Below the pieces are notes generated by a model. The model was not told the origin of the DNA. It ran no database searches and was given only the letters and a program-made list of their open reading frames with translations. Made by a program: the position numbers and the translations under genes. A DNA stretch of 63,630 bases, the filler included, from Choristocarpus tenellus KU-1152 (Eukaryota; Protista; Phaeophyceae), in assembly GCA_964200185.2 (NCBI GenBank). It is 9 parts of 9 records of this genome, joined end to end, with 100 filler letters (N's around TTAATTAATTAA, not from the genome) between each part and the next. Parts side by side here need not be neighbours in the genome. Positions count along the whole stretch, not along the records: positions 51,439 to 54,907 come from CAXNAD020019822.1; positions 55,008 to 57,985 come from CAXNAD020023208.1; positions 58,086 to 60,817 come from CAXNAD020025229.1; positions 60,918 to 63,630 come from CAXNAD020025388.1; 5 more parts are not named here. One strand, given 5' to 3'. Shown here one piece after another: positions 53,827 to 63,630 of the stretch (the stretch's first letter is position 1; the number at the start of each line of letters is the position of its first letter).

Positions 53827-54907
53827 GAGGGTTACGGGTATTGATTGTGTGTGAGCAAAAGGGGACTGTCAGGAAGGATGATCAACACTCAACTATATGT
53901 ATTGCATTGCAGCCAGTGACACCAACACTGCTACGGCTCCATCATGAGTTAAGATACTGTGATCTACTGCTGTTACAGCATATTGATCTTGGAATCAACA
54001 ATCATCTCACTATTTCTCTACCCCCCAGGGAAACCCCTGTAGATAATACCCATAACATGACGTAGGCAGCCAAATGCACAGGACCAAGCGATGGCACAAC
54101 CAGGCTGTGAATCTTTAATGCTTCTCAAAGTTGAGCCATGCTCTCACCACACTCGTCTTTGAAGCCCTGCATAGCAGGGCAAGGTCCACCCACAGGGTGA
54201 CTGCAGGTCCTAGTGTCTTGAATTCAAGGGTCTTCTGCACCACATCCTGTAGAACTTCATTTTGCAGATGTGACCTTGTGTGCAAGCACGCTAATGACCT
54301 AGAGGTGGGTCGTGGGTCCTTGGGCTGGTCATAGAACTGCATATGCTTTTTAATTTGTTTTCACGGCAGGTAAGTAGGTGGGATTAGTACAGAACGTAAT
54401 GCATCTAACAGAGATATAGTTCATTAGGATAAGGCATGGGAGTTGTATTCCCCCCCAGGTGACACAATCTCCTCATTCCTTAAACACATAGCACAACAAA
54501 CTCATCTGCATAAACCACTTCAAACCTTACCTACTGCACAGACTACATCAATAATTATATGTACGATATTGGGATAGGTCTATTATATTACCGGTCTTGA
54601 ATGCTTTTTCTTCAGCTCAGCATTTTCCTCCGAGTCAGATGACCTTTTTATTTTGTGCTGCCGAGTTCATTAGCTAATTTCAATAATGATTTTTCTGGGT
54701 TTCGCAGTGGGATCAACTTTTAGGAAACCTGGAGAGTGGGGAGATGAGGGGCTGGGCGGTGGCATCACAAGAAATGGATCAATATTTTAGAGCTTCAGTT
54801 TCATTTTTTTCACTCCTTAGAAACCTCGCGATCTAATAGTGGATTTTATAAATTGAGGATGGAGCGTACTATTGAGGATGGTTTTGACCGAAAACGATGC
54901 GGAAAAA
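53827..54907 (-). repeat. Right arm of a 1081-bp inverted repeat
   Basis: Reverse complement of 51439-52519; one mismatch noticed (52346 vs 54000). Confidence 0.97.
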
Positions 54908-55007
54908 NNNNNNNNNNNNNNNNNNNNNNNNNNNNNNNNNNNNNNNNNNNNTTAATTAATTAANNNNNNNNNNNNNNNNNNNNNNNNNNNNNNNNNNNNN
55001 NNNNNNN

Positions 55008-55168
55008 GGGGGGATCTACACCAGGGTGTCCATTCGGGCCCTAACAAGTTGAAGTGCACTTACATTATCCATCCAATGCATGCAACCAAATTCACCCAAA
55101 AATCGTGACATGGAAAAATGGACCCCAAATGGACAGCCGCTACCCCCCCCCCCCAGATACTTTGAGCC
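55008..55168 (+). mobile_element. MITE family B, truncated at left by the contig start
   Basis: ACACCAGGGTGTCCATT...CATTATCCATCC...CCCCAAATGGACAGCCGCTACCCCCC...CAGATACTTTGAGCC, collinear with 19970-20141. Confidence 0.85.
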
Positions 55169-56436
55169 ATGTTCCCAACACGCATAGCAAATGCTTGGAG
55201 TACCTAGGAGAGGGTTAGAAGTAAGGTGTGAGGGTGGCTTAAACTTCAAGTTCGTAAAGCTCTACAAAATTTGTGTGGGTTTATTGACAATAATCGGAAT
55301 GACTGCACGCTGGGTGTTGATAGCTCTGCTAGCTAAGCTTTTATTGGTGTTCACTTGTGTCCATTCAGCAAGCCGAAACAGTTCGGGCAGAGAGACCATA
55401 AATAGAGCCCGTCTCTTTTCAACTTTGCATGCTATTCAGGCATTAGGGTTAGGGTTAAGTGAGAAATATTGATGAGTAAAAGAGGAGGTTATGAATGCCA
55501 TATAAAATCGAATACCATCCTGTGTGTGTTGAGATCAATTTTCGGAATGTCCATTCATCCAATGCCTCTCCGTTATGAACTTCTGGTAATTGTGCGCGTA
55601 TGCCATGTGGTAATGCTCGAGGTGTTGACTTGGGAGGGTGTCGAAACCAGGACAACCCCCCTGCCTCAACAAGTCCTTCAACCCCCAGCATACTGCATCA
55701 TAACAATATATCCTCAGACCCGACCTTCTTGTCAATCAAACGCCCTGGAGTTCAGCCCTGTATTGCCTGAAGGCCAAAGTTACCATCACAATAAACGTGT
55801 TGACCTGATCCCAGGTGCTCCACAAACTTGACACCATGGAGGATGCAAAAAGGAAAGCCAAGGAGGCATCTCAGTCTATCCTGCATCAGAGTTGGCAGAG
55901 GGACGTTCATCTCAAAAACCTAAAGGAGCTTGCAAAAAGGGGACCAACTGCAGTACGGAAGTATGCGGTGGGTCCCAGTGTTATCATGCCAAGGGTTGAG
56001 CATACCCCCATAGCATGTCAAATGGCCCTACCTTCAATATAAAATGAAATGCTCATCACTTATCATTGCTGCTGCTGCAGGTGCCAGGAGGGGCAGATCT
56101 ACTGAAAAAAGCATTTTTAAGAACATATGGGCAGAATGACATAATGCAACAGCCTGTTGGAGAGCAGGGATGCAGGGGGTGGGATTGCTACATAATAACA
56201 TGATACACATACACACACACACCATACACACCATCTGCCGCCATGGCTGTTATCTAATAGGAAGCATTGAGCATAGTGCTCCGGAGTATTTGGTTTCTAT
56301 ATCAGAGTTTATCGAAGTGAATATGAGACCTGATTGTGGAGTATTTTTTTCACGGGTAGATATTTTAGGTTTCTCCTGCAAGATAATAAGGGGGGACTAA
56401 TTGCGCGTGTGTATGTGAATGTTTGATGTCCCTTGT

Positions 56437-56704
56437 GAGTTAAAAAAAGTATCTGAGAGGGTACAAGTTTTGACCTGTTTGTCCGTCTTGGGGGCTTGAC
56501 TTCGTACGGTTTTTTTTTAACGACATTTTACCTACTATAAAATGTTTTAGAGTAGGTGAATTGTATATGTTATGAAAAGGTGTGTCCGGAACAAGGATAT
56601 TGACACTTCCTAACCAACATGATAGCCAAAATTACATCAAAATCGCAACATTTGACTTTGGCCCCAACATGGACGCGGCTCTACCCTCTAAGATACTCTG
56701 TCTC
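56437..56704 (-). mobile_element. MITE family A, full copy in reverse orientation
   Basis: GAGTTAAAAAAAGTATCTGAGAGGGTAC ... TACCCTCTAAGATACTCTGTCTC with a 4-bp direct repeat TTGT. Confidence 0.9.
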
Positions 56705-56899
56705 TTGTTTAACCTCCTGAGTATAAGTGATTATATCCAGTGGGTTCGCCGTGCTCCGTGTTCAGTGCTTGCTAGAACAAAATCACCACCACCATCACCA
56801 TTACCACCACCACAACCACCACTGTATTGCAAGGAGCACATTGTGCTTGTTGTGATTATGATATATGAAGGTAGTCAAAGTAGCAGATGTGACTTTAGT

Positions 56900-57147
56900 G
56901 AGTGAAAACATCTCAGAGGGTTCGAGTTTTGCCCTGTTTGTCCCGGGGCTTGACTTCCCATGGGTTCTTTTATGACATTTTCCTACTCCAAAATGGTTAG
57001 GAATAGGTATAGTGTATATGGTACGCAAAGTTGTGTCCGGAACATGGATATTGACACTTCCTAACAAACATGATAGCTTTCATCAAAATTGCAACATTGG
57101 ATTTTGGCCCCAAATGGACGTGGCTGCCCTCTAAGATACTTTGGCTC
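56900..57147 (-). mobile_element. MITE family A, full copy in reverse orientation
   Basis: GAGTGAAAACATCTCAGAGGG ... CCCTCTAAGATACTTTGGCTC; flanks TAGT/TGGT. Confidence 0.9.
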
Positions 57148-57963
57148 TGGTATGAATATATATATATATTTATGTATAATTTACTTGGTGCAACAAAATA
57201 TACCTTAGCTTTGTACAAAGCAAGGTACTAGTCCGGAGTACATAGTACCGTACAGATTTCAAAAGCTTGGGTCTTAAACATAGACCTCCCTTGCTCCTTT
57301 TTACAGATGAACTATAGTGGCCACGGCATGCACCTCATCTTGAGTACACATCCCCTTTCCTCCTCATCCCCACTGCCTGCTCCTTGTAGCTTGATCATGT
57401 GTTCACCAATAAAGATACTGGAAAGTTGCTAAATTCAATGCATAAGCTAGGTTGGGTCGAGTCGACCCAGAATTCCGTCGCAGGGCCTTCAAAAATACAC
57501 TCTGGTGGGCAATGCACCTACCGAAAGGGAGAAGAAGAAGGACACAACACTACTGGACTTGCTGTTCGGCAAATGATACCCAGGTAGTAATGAAAGACAG
57601 AGTGTGTGGTAGTAGCACATGAGGGTTACTGTTTACTGTAAAGATGTAAAGTATTCCATGAGCATTCAGGCGTAGAATCCCTCCTTCCTACTCTGGAGTA
57701 TTTAGCTTACTACACACGAACATGTGTTCCTGTAAAGGAAATTTCAGTGTGGCACCCTTGTGAAAAGGTTGTCGGGCTAGAGTGTTGGTGCAACGCACTT
57801 GCATCCGCACTATGCCTACATATTAGGGGCACCTTCGTCTGCATAATTTACTCCAGAATCTCAATAGAACCTTGCTCTTGGCACAGTCAGAGGCAAATTT
57901 AAGTCCGCATCAATCAATCTTCCATCATTCGTAATACGCATCCTCTGCCCTGCACAGAGTGCT

Positions 57964-57985
57964 GACCCAAAGTACCTTGGGGGGG
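57964..57985 (+). mobile_element. MITE family B terminus at the contig end
   Basis: GACCCAAAGTACCTTGGGGGGG resembles 3958 onward. Confidence 0.55.
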
Positions 57986-60900
57986 NNNNNNNNNNNNNNN
58001 NNNNNNNNNNNNNNNNNNNNNNNNNNNNNTTAATTAATTAANNNNNNNNNNNNNNNNNNNNNNNNNNNNNNNNNNNNNNNNNNNNTGCTTCACCATTTCG
58101 CCCCCCCACTCCCACCACTGGTGCCCCACCCACTTCCAAGCTGTCTCTCCACTCTAAAGGCAATATGTGTTCAAAGCAATAGTTGTTCGCATTGATATCC
58201 CTGCAATCTCTTGAACATCTGTATCACATTATAATGGAAGTCGACTGAAGGTTTGTTCACCCTCAAGTCCACCCTTTCACATCAACTAGTAAGAGATACC
58301 AGGATGAGTGCCGAATTTGCCTTGCCTTTGCCTTTGTTCGCTTCTTTTCTCTTATAGTCACCATCCCGGTTTGGGAAGGAAGTATATCCGCTTGTCAAAG
58401 AAGTCTGTTGTATGGCTCCTGATAGGATCTCAACTTTGCAGCAACAGGGCGGAGATACTTGAGTCAACTCGATAGCTACATACAGACACCTCCAGACGGA
58501 GCCACAACATTGATCCAGCGTACATGGGGTTAGAGGCTGGAGGTGAGCTGGACGTTGTACTGGACTGTAGTCCCTAACCCAATTAAACCCTCAAGCGCCC
58601 AGAAGAAAATATTCAACCTTGCACAAATCTTTCTCAAAACCCAGTCAGCAGCATAGTGAAGCTGTTGAGCACATGATATTTGGTTGTACACCAACTTCCA
58701 CTTCCTTTTTCTCGTTCTATTGTAATAACTCGAGGTAATATTAATTGTTATGCTACTCTCCTTCCGCATTCCTTCCAATCAATATGAGAACATATTATAC
58801 TTGAAACAGTATTTCTTCACGTGTTTTATCTTTACTTCAACCTACGTAACACTTCAATAATTTCTGTGCTCTTCTGCATTTCTGTGCCTCCCATTAATAT
58901 ACAAACACTACCAAATACAAAGTAATCAATTTCCGACCACTGGTCCAAGCACCATAAATGCATTTATCAAATCATGGTGTGATAATCAATCGTACATCTT
59001 ACCATACATATTTATGTATCCCATTCAGCAGAAGATATGTGACCCTCCCTCCAATGGTGGGTGATGAACGTACTTCGGACATTGGCAGACTGTCTGTAAC
59101 TCAAGAACCGCCTCCTCACAGACCAACCAACAACCCGGGCCCTGGCACATCGCTCATGTAATAGTAGTTGTTGTGATGGATCTCTGATACTTGGTGATAG
59201 CAATACCAGTTCACCATGGTTAGAAGCAACCGAACAAAGCAGAGTAGAAGCTGGCCACAACCATGGAGTACTGGCAGACAATCTTTGGAGACCAATTGGG
59301 ATTTTTTTTTGTTCCTGGAAGTATCCGAATCACTACGTACAGCATACATTTACGACAGCCTCTGCACTGCGAAGTTGCTCAGCTACAATGACTAAATAAC
59401 TCAAACCAAGCACTAGCAACATGCATGCATGCCATTCCAGCATACTTACATCAAGATTCTAAGCCACAGCAACAACCTGCACCCACTCCTCCTAACACAA
59501 CTAACGAGATGGCACACGGTGAAAGCAGTGTGGAACACATCACTTACCTTAACCCCCTTCTTCCCAACCTGGACAAAACATAAACAAAGCAATGTTATTT
59601 CATCTTCTTGTGCTCACTCCCCAAACAGTAATTGTCGTGGCAGTGCACTGAACATTCATTTCCTTTCCGAATAATTGCCAATACCCTATGGTAACACCCC
59701 ACTCATGAACACCTCAAAAAATTCAGGCATGACATTTTCTCCAACCATGTCTCTCGTCCAAGGGAGGAGTAGGAAAGCACAGTCAGCTGTGAGGAGGTCG
59801 GTGGTGCCAAGGGGGCACTCACTAGTGGCAAGTGTGACTTTGACCATCTTGTCCAAACAACAGTGTAAACTAGGAGCTCCGCCATTGCTGCTTTGGCTAG
59901 CTACCCAATGCTGCTTACGGTGCTGATAAAAGCTATAAAAGATGAACAGCAAATGAATTCTGAATCAGGTGAACAGCATGCAACCTCCTCCTGACCTCTC
60001 CCCCTGGTAAAAGAAAACAATATACCCACACCCGCCACACTCACAATCTGAACAAATTCCTCAAGAGTACAAGCAATCCATACACAAAGAGGGCCTGTAC
60101 TTTTTGCTTCATAAATAACTACACTTAGAAACGTACAGTAGAACTCATGCCTCAAACCGATTACATATATACACATAGCACCTCCCAAGACACCAGAGTC
60201 ACAGAAACAAAAAACAAAACAAAGATCACCATCAACCCTCTCCCTCCTCTAGAGAGGTGCATGTAGTACTCCAAACCCACCTCACCCCACCCCATTCCTA
60301 CCTCACTGTGTGTATTTATCAAGCTCTAGCATTATCATCACTGATTACTGTCGAGTATAAACCACACCGTCTGCCCATCCCCTGCCTCCCAACCCCCTTT
60401 ACCTTTTCCACACTCCTCCATTTGAATTTCTGTACATGCAGCCAATCAGCATCCACAAGGAACCTGACCAGACCACTAAACAACAGAAATCATCCCCAAG
60501 AAACACCTGATTGTGCTCGCACCCTATCCCCCTTACTGTCCCCCCCTCCCCCTCGTCTCAACGACAGTACATCTACCAGATCAGACACAGGGTTACGAAC
60601 AGACACCAACGACACTCGCAAACGCCTCTTAGTGCCTAGTGAGGGTTCATTAGACTCTTGAGATAACCCTTTCCTTGTTCCTTCCCCACCCACACCACCA
60701 AACTTCCAACCTTCGCTCTCTCTCCCCCCATGAACATTCCGGCCTGGACCTAGGTCAGAGCCCTCTCTGATAGCCGACTTTCTTACAACATTAGACTCCA
60801 TGCCCTCAACACCCCCCNNNNNNNNNNNNNNNNNNNNNNNNNNNNNNNNNNNNNNNNNNNNTTAATTAATTAANNNNNNNNNNNNNNNNNNNNNNNNNNN

Positions 60901-61356
60901 NNNNNNNNNNNNNNNNNCCGCTTTGTTTGAGATTTTGGTGGGCAACCTTTTTTGATGTCTGCTTGATGCACTCTTCGAATATGAACAGGCGTTTAATGCG
61001 ATGAAAAAAAAAATTTCTCACTTGTTCACAGGGGCTGCAAATGTTACATGTTCCATTTAATTCCAAACGGAGTAAGAACATCCCTTTTAGGTAGGCGTTT
61101 TTCTCCCCCTCTCCCACACTGAATCGTCACCTGATACGCTGTAGGGGACTGCGGTGTGAACCGTAGTTCTGGAACACGGGCCTTTTGATTGGGAGGCTTT
61201 TGTGCTCGTTATTTTTATTTTATTTTTATTTTTGTGCAGGTGGGGGGGGATACGTGGATTTGACTCTAGGAATTAGTTCGGCACGTTAGTAGTGTTACAG
61301 CAGTGGAACGCTCGGGAACGGAAAAAAAAAAGTGCTTTTTTTTGTTCTTGAGTTGC

Positions 61357-61369
61357 ATTATTGTTATTA

Positions 61370-61416
<47 letters not shown>

Positions 61417-61418
61417 AT
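61357..61418. repeat. (ATT)n microsatellite
   Basis: Directly visible. Confidence 0.9.
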
Positions 61419-62594
61419 ATGCGGCACTCTGGTGATGTCCTTTTGAGGTTTGTATATACATTTTATGGCGATTGCTTTGAACATCGACGGCGCCGCGATA
61501 CCTTGAGTTGAGGGTTCGAGAACCTTCTAACAAAATTGTTAGCATTTTTTTTAGCTATTTTTTAAAACTATTTTTTGAAACTATTTTTTTTTACCTGTTT
61601 TTCTTTTTTCCAACTATTTTTATTAAACTATTTTTATAAAAACTATTTTTACAGTCTGGGAATCGTAGCAGCGGAACCATTTTGACACAGAAATAGCTGT
61701 ACCTCTTGAGATGGTTCCGGACACGTGTGAAAGGTATCACAAGGCACAACCAAGAAGAAAGAGTGCACTGCCTTTTGTTTTGGTGTCTTGTGAATGCTAG
61801 GGCGCTGCCTCGTGCGTTTGACTGTCTGGCGATACGCATGTACCAATTATTAATTTATAATTATTATTAATCTATAATTATAAATTTATACTTTTTTGTT
61901 TTGTTTTCGTACATGGATTTTTTTTTTCTTCGAAGACTGTGTGTGTTGCATCTCTTTGTTTGTCAGTGGAGTGTTCCAACCGATTGTGTTATCCCCGTGC
62001 ACTCTCTCCTTCAGGTGTGTGTGTGTGTGTGTGTGTGTGTGTTGATGTGTGTTGATGTGTGTTGATGTGTGTGGTATCTTGAGTTGAGATATGAAGTGAC
62101 ATACAGTAAATGGAGTACGATATCTGCTTTTTGTTTCCTCTTTGCTGGTTGGTGATCAAATGTTGGTGATCAACGATCAAATCACGGCATTGCACTCCTG
62201 TATTAATGGTACAGATATTAATGGTACAGGTGTTGCATGCAAGTCAACAATTCCATGTTTGCAGTTCTTGGTTAGGAAGTCCTTAGGGGCAGATAGATAG
62301 TGAGCCTCATATGGTAACCCTAACCCTAACCCTAACACTTGTACAGAATTCAAGAGAGATCGGAGATGGAAAATCCCTAATCCTCGCATGGCTCTCTTTG
62401 CTGGGCTGTGAAAGTCACGTCGTTGGAACGTAATGTTTGTTGGTTATCGTTGTAGCAGGCGATTGCTTAGTAGGTTGTCCTGTTGTGTGTCTACAAAAAA
62501 CAAACGCCTGAATAGCGCGTTGAACACCTTCCTGAGTATTGATCCTTTCCGGGTTAATCAGAGTACTGAACAGCCACCAACAATCGATGACCTC

Positions 62595-62654
62595 CATGTG
62601 TAACTGCATGTGTAACTGCATGTGTAACTGCATGTGTAACTGCATGTGTAACTG
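62595..62654. repeat. 12-bp tandem repeat (CATGTGTAACTG) x5
   Basis: Directly visible. Confidence 0.95.
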
Positions 62655-62759
62655 TCGCAACGTATGGTCCACTTATGTATCAATGTGTGTTAACTTCCAT
62701 CTTGATCTGAACAGTGGAAATCGGTGTGTGCATAGAGCGATGCTGGTAGTATGAGATAA

Positions 62760-62811
62760 GGTTAGGGTTAGGGTTGGGGTTGGGGTTGGGGTTAGGGTTA
62801 GGGTGAGGGTT
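62760..62811 (+). repeat. Interstitial telomere-like (TTAGGG/TTGGGG)n; others at 62315-62336 (C-strand), 63252-63277, 10696-10707 and 55443-55457
   Basis: Directly visible hexamer arrays. Confidence 0.9.
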
Positions 62812-63391
62812 AATTCCCCTGACCTCCTCCGTCAAACGCAGTCACCAACCTGTGAGAATGTGATTTTGCTAATTTCATAATCCTTGATGCTTTTGGATCC
62901 AAACAACATACTTACCTTTTTTTTTCTTCTTTTTTTTCTTTTTTTTTGGGGGGGGTGTGTGTGCTTGGTGGAAAGAGGTACATGCGTATGTATGTATCTA
63001 TTAATCTATGTATGTATCTATTAATCTATGTATGTAGGGTTTTGGATAAACGACTCGGTTTTATCAAATATATATATATATGTATGTATGTATATCTTGT
63101 TTTTTAATTTTTACCATTTAAAAAATAGTATTATCCCCTTCTGAAGATTTTGTGTGAAAAGGCAAGAAGTGATAAATTCTGTGATGAAAGTTGCTTTTCT
63201 TTTTTCTCCTAATCCTTGAAACCGGCTTTGGTTTTTTCCCAGAAAATGATCAGGGTTAGGGTTAGGGTTAGGGTTAGATTTTCGATGTCTTCGCAATGAA
63301 CAGAGTTCTTTAATGATCCCCTTTCATCAACAAAATTCACACCCAAACACACACACTCACACACACACGCACAAAAACATGCCTGACCAAG

Positions 63392-63550
63392 GTGGACCGA
63401 TCGCGAGGCGAGGTGTTCCGTAGCCTTGGAGGCTTGTACCAGAGCCAAGGTCAGCACCAGATGGCGTTTGCAAGCCTCCAACAGGCAATCGACATCAACG
63501 GGGCAGACCTTTTAGCGTACATGAGATTGGGTATGCTGTATGAGGAGCTG
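63392..63550 (+). CDS. Internal exon of a tetratricopeptide repeat (TPR) protein
   Basis: AG|...|GT bounded, 159 nt: VDRSRGEVFRSLGGLYQSQGQHQMAFASLQQAIDINGADLLAYMRLGMLYEEL, which fits the TPR consensus (LG..Y...G....A...L..A, then AY..LG..Y). Missed by the ORF track. Confidence 0.8.
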
Positions 63551-63630
63551 GTGAGAGAAGGGGGGGGGGGGAGGGACTTTAGTGGGGATGTTGGCTTAGC
63601 ACCCAGCAAGAGATGGGGTGTTTCTGGTGG

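Noticed and set aside
57454-57468. GGGTCGA-G-TCGACCC palindrome
   Set aside because: Single short inverted repeat with no context; expected by chance in 63 kb.
62760-63277. True chromosome end
   Set aside because: Arrays are only a few units long, degenerate, in both orientations across the contig, and followed by a coding exon.
1-63630. rRNA, tRNA, LTR retrotransposon or prokaryotic defence system
   Set aside because: No recognisable sequence or motif for any of these was seen by eye.

Overview
Eukaryotic nuclear DNA, not a prokaryotic window. It is nine unrelated contig pieces joined by artificial 100-nt N spacers carrying TTAATTAATTAA (contigs 1-4020, 4121-9350, 9451-14402, 14503-19869, 19970-51338, 51439-54907, 55008-57985, 58086-60817, 60918-63630). 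Intron-dense genes, interstitial TTAGGG repeats and the protein families present suggest a stramenopile, probably a brown alga or close relative (inference). Contents: (1) the 3' part of a type II Hsp40/DnaJ gene; (2) a decayed CRE-like non-LTR retrotransposon (RT plus restriction-like endonuclease); (3) four phase-compatible exons of a possible CAF-1 large subunit gene; (4) a partial minus-strand gene across about 30 kb, hand-assembled as about 54 exons and about 2750 aa, encoding a giant sequon-rich protein in which a repeated stramenopile-type beta module and a PA14 domain are nested inside FN3 and filamin/Ig domains; (5) two related MITE families with a shared AAAGTATCT TIR core, one with GAG...CTC ends and mostly 4-bp TSDs (Sola2-like), the second nested twice in the first; (6) a contig made of 1081-bp near-perfect inverted arms around a 1.3-kb spacer; (7) a TPR exon, plus many micro- and minisatellites. 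All exon models are manual and unverified by transcripts or database searches.
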